Counted from the first letter of the stretch, positions 20,974 to 29,167 are shown. The stretch: DNA of 32,000 nucleotides from Pseudoalteromonas translucida KMM 520 (GCF_001465295.1 NZ_CP011034.1:30001-62000), one strand, 5' to 3'. The notes: generated from the letters alone by a model not told the origin. Translations and numbers: made by a program.

Positions 20974-22365
20974 CTACTTACCTTGTGCGTGTTCTACGTT
21001 TTTTATAAAGGTGCTTATTTGTTTTTTAAGCTCAGGAAAAAAGGGGTTATAGGTTAATCGTTGTAAGGTGGGGTATTGCTTTAAGTTAGCAGCTGTACGT
21101 TCTCCAAATTGCGGCGTTTTTGTGGTTTTACAGGTTTTATATAACTTTTCGCCGCCAATAAAACTGCCGCAATTACGATAAGAAGCGTTAATACCATAAT
21201 GCGGATTTTGTGGTGAGTTAACAATGGCAATATGCGATATACCATGGATTTTTAGACATGCCTCGCTGGCACACTGCGGATTTAATACTCTGTAATCTGC
21301 TGCAAAATTTGGGGGTAAAATAGCGCTGCTACCATAAAGCACTAAGGTATCGAGTTTTTTATAGCGACTTAAATTAGTATTATGTAATGCATTTAATAAT
21401 TTAAGGGTAGCATGGCTATCAATTGTCGCGTCAATATCGCTTATTACGCTAAATACAGGCAATGCCAAAGCTGGGCGCTTACTTAAATTTTTAATGCTAA
21501 CCAATGACATTGCATCATGTGAGGCTGCCGCGGCATTAAGTGGAAACGACTCATACTTGGCAAAATCAACATCGGCGTCTTTATCTATCCAATTTAAAAA
21601 AGGGATTAAATCAAGCCACTTGGCCATCCAACCTTGTTTATTATGCGGCTCAGAGCCCGGTGAAAACAACATAAGCGCCGTTATTTTTGATGAAAGCGCT
21701 TGCGTGATTGCATAGTCTATAAGTAGTGCCGCCCCCGTAGAGTAGCCCCCTAAAATAACCTCATCAAAGTCTTGTGCTGTGCGCTCTATAGCGTAACGCA
21801 CAGCTTGCTGCCATTGCTGTAGGTCTACATCTTGTAACGCACTAGCAGCGCTGCCGTGGCCAGGTAATAAAATAGTGCGTACGGTATAACCTTGCTGGTA
21901 ATACACTTGGGCTAAATCGTGATAGGTAAAAGGGGAGTCGGTAAGGCCGTGCACGAGTAATACCGCTTTTTTATTTTGTGGGTGTTTTAACTCAAAAGGA
22001 GCAATAATATCGGCAATAGTGGGATTAGGCTTACGGCTGCCTTGATTAACTAGTTGCTGATACGTTTGAGTAAACACAGGACATGGCATAGCAGCGCGAG
22101 GATTAGCTACGCTAATATACTGATACGCATGATTTAGGTAGCTGTTAAAAGGGGCACGCGCTTGGTAATCAAAATGCGCTTGGTGGTGCTCCTTTGTATA
22201 GCGTAATAGGCCTTGCTGTTTACTCTTTTTAATAAACTCAAAATCGTTTGCCTGCGTAATACAATTTTCAGCGACAGCTAAGTGAGGAAAAAAGCCAAGC
22301 ATACAAGTTAAAAATATTTTTAAAAATACACTATTATTGTTCATAAACCACTGCATATTGAGCAA
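20974..22365 (-). CDS. Secreted alpha/beta-hydrolase-fold protein
   Basis: Has an HG oxyanion region (LLVHGLTDSP), the nucleophile elbow GGYSTG (GxSxG), and an N-terminal signal-like segment ...FLKIFLTCMLGFFPHLAVA. The start is uncertain: TTG 22365, ATG 22356 or ATG 22344. All three overlap the kinase stop at 22334. Confidence 0.8.
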   Translation of the reverse strand: MLNMQWFMNNNSVFLKIFLTCMLGFFPHLAVAENCITQANDFEFIKKSKQQGLLRYTKEHHQAHFDYQARAPFNSYLNHAYQYISVANPRAAMPCPVFTQTYQQLVNQGSRKPNPTIADIIAPFELKHPQNKKAVLLVHGLTDSPFTYHDLAQVYYQQGYTVRTILLPGHGSAASALQDVDLQQWQQAVRYAIERTAQDFDEVILGGYSTGAALLIDYAITQALSSKITALMLFSPGSEPHNKQGWMAKWLDLIPFLNWIDKDADVDFAKYESFPLNAAAASHDAMSLVSIKNLSKRPALALPVFSVISDIDATIDSHATLKLLNALHNTNLSRYKKLDTLVLYGSSAILPPNFAADYRVLNPQCASEACLKIHGISHIAIVNSPQNPHYGINASYRNCGSFIGGEKLYKTCKTTKTPQFGERTAANLKQYPTLQRLTYNPFFPELKKQISTFIKNVEHAQGK

Positions 22366-25051
22366 GACACTCGGTTAGCTTAATTAGTTCAAGCGGTTTT
22401 GCAAGGTGTTGATTAAAACCAACCGCCTGAGCGTGTGCTTTGTCTTCGGGCATAACGTCGGCAGTTAAGGCAACAATTGGCAGTTCCTCAGCCGTTTTAA
22501 ATTGCCTGATCAGGGCCGTTGCTCTATAGCCATCCATTACTGGCATTTGGCAATCCATAAGCACTAAATCAAAATGCTGTTTTTTTATAATATTAACTGC
22601 AAGCTCACCATTTTCAACAACCTGTGGCACAATTTTTAGTGAACCAAGCATGGCTTTTATAACCATTTGATTAACTGGGTTATCTTCGGCCACTAAAATT
22701 TTTAAAGCGGCTATATTAGTATTATCTGTAGGTTTTATAAGGGGTTTTTGCGCTTTAACCGTCTCTATTTCTAATGTAAATGTAAAAGTAGAGCCTTTAT
22801 CAAGCTCGCTATGTAGCGCTATATTTGCATTCATCAACACACTAAGCTCTTTGGCTATGGTTAACCCAAGGCCGGTGCCACCAAACTGCCGAGAAGTAGA
22901 GTTATCGGCTTGAGTAAATGCATTGAATAACTTTTCATGTTGCGTTGCTTTTATACCTATTCCGGTATCAATAACCGCAATTGTTAGCTGTGCTTTATTG
23001 GGCGCAATAAGCTGCGTATCTACATTTAAAGTAACACTGCCAGTGTTAGTAAATTTAATAGCGTTACTGCATAAATTAAGCATTATTTGCTCTAACCGCA
23101 TAGGATCGCCAACAAACCAAGTGTCTTTAGGGATGTTGCTCTTTATTTTCCACACAATTGCTTTGCTTGCAGCGCTTTGTTCAAACATAGTATTAATGCG
23201 CTGAATAAGGGCGGTTAAATCAAATGGAATGCGTTCAAGCACTAGCCGTTTTGATTCAATTTTAGATATATCGAGGATATCGTTTATCAAATTTAATAAG
23301 CTTTTAGATGATGAATTTATTTTATCTAAATAACCAATTAGGGTATTGGCATCGTCTTCTTTACGGGTAAGCGAAGAAAAGCCAATAACAGCATTTAGTG
23401 GCGTGCGTATTTCATGGCTCATATTAGCTAAAAATTGACTCTTAGCCCGGTTAGCTAAATCAGATTGCTTTTTTGCTTGTGCTAATGAGTAAGTACGCTC
23501 TGCCACTTGGCGGGTAAGTGCAATTTGCTGCTGATTAAACAGCAATAAAATCAATAAAATTAATGAACATACAATTACTTGAAGTATCAGCAGCAGCAAG
23601 GTGAGTTGATTATTATGTTGGGCTAAAAAAGCATCTTTAAGTGCCAGTTTTACTATCCATTGTTGCCCACCAAAATCGACATTAAACGATATTAGCTTAC
23701 TGCCTTGTGCAACATTAAGATTGTTTGAGTTACTGTAAAATGCAGGTTTGTTTATATCTTCATAAATAGCAATCGAAAACATTTGAGACTGCTGCTCAGT
23801 AATGGCCTGCTTAATAATTTGAGGGACTAAAAATATGCCTGTGGCATAGCCTTTAATGGTTTCTTTTTCATTGGATTGAGAATATACAGGCGCAAACAAT
23901 AAATAAGCAGCATCAGAGTGCTCAGTTTGTACGAGTTGAATTATTTTAGTTCCCACTGGCTGATACTTTATTGCGGGATTAAGTAAGGATGCTTTGCGAT
24001 CTGGGTTTGAATAGACATTAAATCCAATGGCTTTTTGGTTGATATTAAACGGTGTTATATATTTTACAATAACGAGTGGATCGTTTGGCTCTAAAGGCTC
24101 ACCAACAACATCATAATGTAAGTTATAAATACTTGAAATTTCTTGAGAGAATGCTTGGCGTTGATGAGGTGGAATTTTTACATTCCATGACAAGGCTTTT
24201 ATAAATGAGTGCTTAGCAAGCAGGGTGTTGGCGTATTGATTAAAGTTTTGCTGGCTTAATGTTGGCGATGACTGAATTTGGCTAGCTAAACTTTGCACCG
24301 CAATAATGCTGCGATTAGTGTAGCGGTACAGGCTGTTTTCTATCACTTGTACTTCGCGCTCAGCAATTTTTATCGCATTAATACGGCTTTCGCTATCGTA
24401 TAATTGTGTGGTAGCCGCTACTGATACAAATAAAATACAACATACCGAAAGTGTCGGTAGTACCGAAATATTATAGTTATCAGACTTATCTGGTAGTAAT
24501 GAAAGTAAAAATGGAGTGGCAATTAACACCCCTAAAATATCACCTAACCACCAGTAGGTCGTGTTTTTCCAGTGATTATCTACACTGTACATTGTATTAA
24601 ATTGGCTTAGTGCAAACACGCCAAAATTAGCCGAAATTAAACTGACTAAAACACCAACAACAACAATAAAATAAATAATGTTTTGGCGTTTTTTAAGGCG
24701 CAGAGGGTGCCCTAACCAAAATTTTAATATTGCGGCACCAACCATGCCCTGCAGCACCACCCCAAAGGCAATATACATAGCCTCGTTTAATGAATTTCCG
24801 ACCAATACCATTTCATGAGTTGTATTAGTAAAAAAATTTAAATTAAATGCGAGAGCCGCTAAAAATAGCGCAGGAATAAATCGCCACCACCACACAAAGC
24901 AGCCAACTAAGGCTATGCCAGCGGGTAACCAAACAGGAATAATTTGCGAGTTAAAGGTTAGCTTGGTAAGTATTACTCCTACAAAAAAATAGGCTAAAGC
25001 AAAAGCAATGTAAAAAACACTAGAGTAATACTTGGAGTTAAAATTTTTCAC
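22334..25051 (-). CDS. Hybrid sensor histidine kinase / response regulator (MASE1 - CHASE-like periplasmic domain - HisKA - HATPase_c - REC)
   Basis: 905 aa. MASE1-like membrane N-terminus (IPVWLPAGIALV, WWLGDILGVLIATPFLL), a ~270-aa extracytoplasmic segment, and another TM. H-box FLANMSHEIRTPLNAVIG, N/G boxes (NLCSNAIKFT, DTGIGI, GGTGLGL), and a receiver domain (ILVAEDNPVNQ..DLVLMDCQMPVMDG..KP). Confidence 0.9.
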   Translation of the reverse strand: MKNFNSKYYSSVFYIAFALAYFFVGVILTKLTFNSQIIPVWLPAGIALVGCFVWWWRFIPALFLAALAFNLNFFTNTTHEMVLVGNSLNEAMYIAFGVVLQGMVGAAILKFWLGHPLRLKKRQNIIYFIVVVGVLVSLISANFGVFALSQFNTMYSVDNHWKNTTYWWLGDILGVLIATPFLLSLLPDKSDNYNISVLPTLSVCCILFVSVAATTQLYDSESRINAIKIAEREVQVIENSLYRYTNRSIIAVQSLASQIQSSPTLSQQNFNQYANTLLAKHSFIKALSWNVKIPPHQRQAFSQEISSIYNLHYDVVGEPLEPNDPLVIVKYITPFNINQKAIGFNVYSNPDRKASLLNPAIKYQPVGTKIIQLVQTEHSDAAYLLFAPVYSQSNEKETIKGYATGIFLVPQIIKQAITEQQSQMFSIAIYEDINKPAFYSNSNNLNVAQGSKLISFNVDFGGQQWIVKLALKDAFLAQHNNQLTLLLLILQVIVCSLILLILLLFNQQQIALTRQVAERTYSLAQAKKQSDLANRAKSQFLANMSHEIRTPLNAVIGFSSLTRKEDDANTLIGYLDKINSSSKSLLNLINDILDISKIESKRLVLERIPFDLTALIQRINTMFEQSAASKAIVWKIKSNIPKDTWFVGDPMRLEQIMLNLCSNAIKFTNTGSVTLNVDTQLIAPNKAQLTIAVIDTGIGIKATQHEKLFNAFTQADNSTSRQFGGTGLGLTIAKELSVLMNANIALHSELDKGSTFTFTLEIETVKAQKPLIKPTDNTNIAALKILVAEDNPVNQMVIKAMLGSLKIVPQVVENGELAVNIIKKQHFDLVLMDCQMPVMDGYRATALIRQFKTAEELPIVALTADVMPEDKAHAQAVGFNQHLAKPLELIKLTECLAQYAVVYEQ

Positions 25052-25125
25052 ATAAATCCCTGTACAAGTAATATTCCCAATTGAAAATATCAGTATAGCT
25101 AACAGTAAGTTATTTGCGGTATTTT

Positions 25126-25581
25126 TTACAATGGTAATTGTTTTTTGCTAAAAGACTGCTTTAATACCACGGTTGATTCTATATTAGCGATACAGCTTAA
25201 GCTCCCTAATTGATGCTTAACAAACTGCTCATAGCTTTCTAAATCATGCGCAATTATTTTTAGTAAATAGTCGTAACTTCCCGATATTACCGAACACTCT
25301 AGCACATGGGTGAGCTTTTCTACGTGTTGTTCAAATTGCAGGGCAGCACTGGCCGAATTTTGATTTAAACGTACAAATGCATACACCAAAACGTTTAGTT
25401 TAAGTGCCTTAGGGTTAATAGCAGCGTGGTAGCCGGTAATGATGTTAGCTTGTTCTAGCTTTTTAATTCGTCTAAGGCAGGGCGTATCTGAGAGGCTAAT
25501 ATGACTGGCAAGATCTGCAACAGACATTCTAGCGTTGGTTTGTAAGGCTATGAGCAATTGCTGATCTTTTTTATCGAGCAT
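25126..25581 (-). CDS. Lrp/AsnC family transcriptional regulator
   Basis: 151 aa. N-terminal HTH (LDKKDQQLLIALQTNARMSVADLASHISLSDTPCLRRIKKLE) and a C-terminal RAM/AsnC_trans_reg-type domain. Divergent from the 25719 operon. Confidence 0.9.
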   Translation of the reverse strand: MLDKKDQQLLIALQTNARMSVADLASHISLSDTPCLRRIKKLEQANIITGYHAAINPKALKLNVLVYAFVRLNQNSASAALQFEQHVEKLTHVLECSVISGSYDYLLKIIAHDLESYEQFVKHQLGSLSCIANIESTVVLKQSFSKKQLPL

Positions 25582-25718
25582 ATATAGATTCTTATTAATT
25601 ATTTTTATATTTGTAGTGATTATTGCTAATGATGTTAATAATTACTAATTTTTTTAGCGCTTTACCCTCATTAAACTCTGTTAGCATTTAGTGATAACTA
25701 TAATAACAGGAAACCATA

Positions 25719-26888
25719 ATGAGCACCCATACAGCCATTTTCGATCGATGGATAAGAGGCACCTTCCCACAGATAAATAGCGAGCTTGAGCAACTTTACT
25801 GGCAACAAGATGATAAAGCCAATGTAGAGGGAATAGGAGAGCCTTTAAAGCAGCAGTTAAAAGATGAAGGTAACGCGCTAATAAGTAATTTATTAGCGGA
25901 GGGGAATACCGATGAGGGGTTTGATAGCGCGTTTGATTTACTCGGTAATGTAGGACTTTTTATGGCGGCGTGTCGTCGTCATGAAATTACCGAGCCAAGC
26001 CGTGAGACCACATCGCCACTGGTCGAGGCGTCGGCATTGGCAATGCACATAGGTGCTTCTATTGGAGTAACGCCGCGCTTTGCGACCGCTCATTTAACCA
26101 CCCACAATAAAGCGTTAAATGGCACGTATAAACGCTTTACTAATTTACCCGACGAAAAATTATTTATTGATTACAACACCCAAGGTATTTTGGCATATAA
26201 ACGCGCCAGCGATGCATTATTAAAAATATTGCCATTAGGTATTTCGCACCCCACCTGTGCCGAGCTATTAAAAGTTGCAAAACAAGCGCTAATAGATGTA
26301 ATTGAATCGAATAATGCACTTTATACTCAGCTAGACACCGAGCGCTTTTTTAATTGTGTGCGCCCTTATTATAAACCGCATCGAGTAGGTAATGAGATAT
26401 ACAGAGGTGCTAATGCGGGAGATTTTGCCGGCATAAACGTTATCGATATGCTACTTGGGCTGTGTAGTGCCAACGAGCCAAGTTATTCACAAATGCTGGT
26501 GGATAAATTTTTATATATGATGCCAGAAGATCAGCAAATATTGCGCGAAGCAATGCGTATGCAAAGCTTTATGGATGACTTTTTACAGGCGCAGCAATAT
26601 AAAGACAGTGACTGGTTTAAATACCACGCAAAGCTATTTATTCAGGTGTGTAAACTACATGGTGACACCGCAATCGGTCATCACAATCAATTGGTCGAAA
26701 AATTTATTGCGCAACCGTCAAAGCAAATGCAGCAGCAACATATGAGTAAAGTAACAGCTAGTGGCCCACCATTACATGTTTTGCTCGATTCGTTAGAAAA
26801 ACTCCGTGATAAACGTGCCAGTGCCAAGCGCGACGATATAAAAACACGTTACGACGATATAAACTTGCTAAAACAGTGGATTAAATAA
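25719..26888 (+). CDS. IDO/PrnB-superfamily haem-dioxygenase-like protein (DUF1864-type)
   Basis: 389 aa. RPYYKPHRVGNEIYRGANAGDFAGINVIDMLLGL resembles PrnB RPFYEPIRVGG..Y.GPGA and IDO ...GGSAGQSS.... FLYMMPEDQ resembles IDO RRYMPPAH. The late GHHNQLVEKF is positioned like a proximal His. AGGAA SD. The call is from memory of these families only. Confidence 0.6.
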   Translation: MSTHTAIFDRWIRGTFPQINSELEQLYWQQDDKANVEGIGEPLKQQLKDEGNALISNLLAEGNTDEGFDSAFDLLGNVGLFMAACRRHEITEPSRETTSPLVEASALAMHIGASIGVTPRFATAHLTTHNKALNGTYKRFTNLPDEKLFIDYNTQGILAYKRASDALLKILPLGISHPTCAELLKVAKQALIDVIESNNALYTQLDTERFFNCVRPYYKPHRVGNEIYRGANAGDFAGINVIDMLLGLCSANEPSYSQMLVDKFLYMMPEDQQILREAMRMQSFMDDFLQAQQYKDSDWFKYHAKLFIQVCKLHGDTAIGHHNQLVEKFIAQPSKQMQQQHMSKVTASGPPLHVLLDSLEKLRDKRASAKRDDIKTRYDDINLLKQWIK

Positions 26889-26889
26889 G

Positions 26890-28014
26890 ATGAATCAACA
26901 CGATTTTTGTATGGCCGAAGGCTGTTATTTATTAAGCCACTCAGTAGGGCGTCCACTGAAAAATAGTCAGCAGCATTTAGCGGCGCATTATTTTTCGCCG
27001 TGGGAATCGTCAAATAAAGAACCTTGGCAGCAATGGTTACCTGCAGTAGAGCAATTTAATGCCGCGTTAGGGCAGTTATTTAATGCACCTAGCGAGCAAT
27101 TTTGTCCGCAAGTTAACTTATCCAGCGGTTTAACTAAGTTGTTAATGTCGCATCCGCGATTACAGCAAAAAAATTGCAAAGTGTTAATGGCACAAAGTGA
27201 CTTTCCAAGTATGGGCTTTGCGATGCAAAAAGCTTTGCCAAAATGTGCGCAAATAACATTTATTCCAGAGCATGAAAACTTAACCGATATTACCGTTTGG
27301 CAGCGTTATTTAACGAATAACATAGATTTAGTTTTTATCAGTCACGTATATTCAAATACAGGGGTGCAAGCCCCTGTGCACGATATTGTTGCTTTGAGTA
27401 AAAAAACGAATAGCTTATCAATCATTGACGTTGCGCAATCTGCAGGGGTTATACCGCTTGATTTAACCGCCTTAAATGCTGACTTTATGATTGGCTCTAG
27501 CGTTAAATGGCTATGTGGCGGCCCTGGCGCTGCTTACTTATGGGTTAACCCGCAACAAATAGCTATTTGCGAGCCTAAAGATGTTGGCTGGTTTTCTCAT
27601 CAAACCCCCTTTGAGTTTGATATAAATCACTTTGTTTATAACAAGGGAGCGCTTAAATTTTGGGGTGGTACTCCCTCAGTTGTACCTTATATTATTGCAG
27701 CCAATAGTATTGCCTATTTTGCCGCATTGGGAATTGATAAGGTTAGGTCACATAACTTAGCAATGCTTGCGCTTATTCAGCAACAGCTGGGTAAATATGT
27801 TGTATCGCCGACGCTGCAGCATCAATGCAGTGGTACTGCTATTTTAAACTTTAACATGCAGCAACAACATGTATTAAATGAGCTTAATAATGCAGGGATT
27901 AGTGTGGATGCGAGAAAGCTTGGTATACGAGTTTCACCGCATGTATATAACAGCGCCGATGCAGTACATAAATTTATAGCAGTTATAAAAAAAGCGATTA
28001 AGGTTGCTGACTAA
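26890..28014 (+). CDS. Kynureninase-family / class V aminotransferase-fold PLP-dependent enzyme
   Basis: 374 aa. GSSVKWLCGGPGAAYLWV resembles the kynureninase PLP-lysine motif YKYLNGGPG, and the YLLSHSVGRP opening resembles YLDGNSLG. ATG lies 1 nt after the upstream stop. Confidence 0.7.
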   Translation: MNQHDFCMAEGCYLLSHSVGRPLKNSQQHLAAHYFSPWESSNKEPWQQWLPAVEQFNAALGQLFNAPSEQFCPQVNLSSGLTKLLMSHPRLQQKNCKVLMAQSDFPSMGFAMQKALPKCAQITFIPEHENLTDITVWQRYLTNNIDLVFISHVYSNTGVQAPVHDIVALSKKTNSLSIIDVAQSAGVIPLDLTALNADFMIGSSVKWLCGGPGAAYLWVNPQQIAICEPKDVGWFSHQTPFEFDINHFVYNKGALKFWGGTPSVVPYIIAANSIAYFAALGIDKVRSHNLAMLALIQQQLGKYVVSPTLQHQCSGTAILNFNMQQQHVLNELNNAGISVDARKLGIRVSPHVYNSADAVHKFIAVIKKAIKVAD

Positions 28015-28486
28015 GCTGCTCTTTTTGCTGATTTAACGCCTCTATTTGTTGCTGTGCTTGCCCAATTAAAGCATCGTATGATTGTTTTAGGGCTGATGTT
28101 TTAGTTGCAATCGCATTGGCAATAGAGGAAGCCCCTAAACGATTTGCTTTATCTTGCGTCATGTAATCAATTTGCTGTTTTTTTTCTGTATATTGCTGCT
28201 GATATTGTTTAATAGCCAGTTTGTAGCGTTTTATATCGCGATTAATTTGCTGCGTTTTTAAGTAATCATCAACAGAGGTATCTGTAATTTTACTGTTTGC
28301 AGGTGTGTTGCTATAGGCTTTGGTAACATTAACATTTTTCAGCGTAATGGCTTGTGCGTTTAGAGCGCAGGGCAGCTGACTAAATGTAGGAACTCCTTTA
28401 ATAACGCATTTATACACAGTAATGTTTTCTGCCAAGCTAAAGGTTGGCGCGGTTAAGCAAATTGATAGCAATATAACCCGGATCAT
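27998..28486 (-). CDS. DUF4124-type secreted protein with Gln-rich coiled-coil tail
   Basis: 162 aa. A signal peptide is followed by VYKCVIKGVPTFSQLPC (DUF4124-like motif) and a Q-rich C-terminus. The 3' end overlaps the convergent PLP-enzyme gene by 17 nt. Confidence 0.7.
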   Translation of the reverse strand: MIRVILLSICLTAPTFSLAENITVYKCVIKGVPTFSQLPCALNAQAITLKNVNVTKAYSNTPANSKITDTSVDDYLKTQQINRDIKRYKLAIKQYQQQYTEKKQQIDYMTQDKANRLGASSIANAIATKTSALKQSYDALIGQAQQQIEALNQQKEQLSQQP

Positions 28487-28561
28487 AGTTAAACCTAAAT
28501 TGGCTTAAAGTTAAGCTAATCATGCCCTAAGTTATAGTTTGGTACAATTTGTTTAGTTTTA

Positions 28562-28627
28562 TAAATTTTAGGCACAAAAAAACCACAATTAAGTGGTTTA
28601 AATTAAGTATGGTGGAGAGGGAGGGAT
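28562..28627. repeat. 66-bp direct repeat, copy 1 (terminator hairpin + last 18 nt of tRNA-Ser)
   Basis: TAAATTTTAGGCACAAAAAAACCACAATTAAGTGGTTTAAATTAAGTATGGTGGAGAGGGAGGGAT is identical to 28746-28811 at 66 of 66 positions. The offset is 184 bp. Confidence 0.95.
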
Positions 28628-28745
28628 AGACTTGCTTACATCCATGTAATCAATCGCTACGCGACGCTTGCAGCGGCCCAAAATGTTCCAGACATTTTGT
28701 TGAACCCTGTCGAGGGATCTCACCCTCCCAATTTAGTATTGGTGT
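28610..28745 (-). pseudogene. tRNA-derived remnant: intact tRNA-Ser 3' end (18 nt) preceded by about 118 nt of non-tRNA sequence with degenerate T-arm-like pieces
   Basis: The minus strand reads ...GGAGGGTGAGATCCCTCGACAGGGTTCAAC...(perfect 7-bp hairpin AAAATGT-ctgga-ACATTTT)...CTATCCCTCCCTCTCCACCA. I could not draw a D-arm, an anticodon arm or a matching 5' acceptor strand. Confidence 0.4.
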
Positions 28746-28811
28746 TAAATTTTAGGCACAAAAAAACCACAATTAAGTGGTTTAAATTAAGTATGGTGGA
28801 GAGGGAGGGAT
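28746..28811. repeat. 66-bp direct repeat, copy 2 (overlaps the 3' end of the intact tRNA-Ser(GCT) and its terminator)
   Basis: Identical to 28562-28627. Confidence 0.95.
28760..28783 (-). terminator. tRNA-Ser(GCT) rho-independent terminator (duplicated at 28576-28599)
   Basis: Minus strand: AAACCAC-ttaatt-GTGGTTT followed by TTTT, 10 nt after the tRNA CCA end. Confidence 0.75.
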
Positions 28812-28886
28812 TCGAACCCTCGATAGAGCTACAAACTCTATACTCCCTTAGCAGGGGAGCTCCTTCGGCCACTCGGACACCTCTCC
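28794..28886 (-). tRNA. serV: tRNA-Ser (anticodon GCT)
   Basis: 93-nt class II tRNA: GGAGAGG-TG-TCC-GAGTGGCCGAA-GGA..CTCCC-CTGCTAA-GGGAG, long variable arm ATAGAG/CTCTAT, T-arm GAGGG-TTCGAAT-CCCTC, acceptor CCTCTCC-A-CCA. Confidence 0.95.
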
Positions 28887-28942
28887 AACGCATAACCGTT
28901 TATTTATTGATGGAAGTAAAAATTAAGCCACCAATATAAATG

Positions 28943-29033
28943 TGGTGGAGAGATAGGGATTTGAACCCTAGATAGGCTACAAACCTATGCCGGTTTTCAA
29001 GACCGGTGCATTCGACCACTCTGCCATCTCTCC
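28943..29033 (-). tRNA. serT: tRNA-Ser (anticodon TGA)
   Basis: 91-nt class II tRNA: GGAGAGA-TG-GCA-GAGTGGTCGAA-TGC..CCGGT-CTTGAAA-ACCGG, long variable arm, T-arm TAGGG-TTCAAAT-CCCTA, acceptor TCTCTCC-A-CCA. Confidence 0.95.
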
Positions 29034-29043
29034 GTGACGCAGA

Positions 29044-29072
29044 ATAATACTTAGGTCATACGCATGTGTAAA
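29044..29072 (-). promoter_or_regulatory. Sigma-70 promoter of the tRNA-Ser tandem
   Basis: Minus strand: TTTACA (29072-29067), 17-nt spacer, TATTAT (29049-29044), then the GC-rich discriminator CTGCGTC about 10 nt before the tRNA 5' end. Confidence 0.7.
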
Positions 29073-29167
29073 TAGCAAAAAGACTGTTTGCTTAAAATTT
29101 AGGCTAAAATGAGGTTTTTTTTGTAAATAAGGGGAAATAAAGACAATTTTAGTAAAATTAAATAGGT

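Noticed and set aside
25699-25704. TATAAT hexamer upstream of the IDO/PrnB-like gene as its -10 element.
   Set aside because: It lies only 15 nt before the ATG, so the predicted transcript would start at or inside the SD. There is no acceptable -35. It was not reported as a promoter.
25719-26888. Canonical tryptophan 2,3-dioxygenase (KynA) as the call for the protein upstream of the kynureninase-like gene.
   Set aside because: The length (389 aa) and sequence do not show the bacterial TDO pattern I know. The motifs fit the IDO/PrnB-like branch better, so I kept the broader superfamily call.
28562-28811. The 66-bp repeat pair read as a CRISPR array, or as attL/attR of a resident genomic island.
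   Set aside because: There are only two copies, 184 bp apart, with no cas genes. The 118-bp interval is too small to hold an integrase or cargo. The repeat also includes flank sequence beyond the tRNA, which a simple att duplication would not produce.
28697-28939. An 80-aa plus-strand ORF.
   Set aside because: It runs antisense through the tRNA-Ser(GCT) gene and the repeat. It is not a plausible protein.
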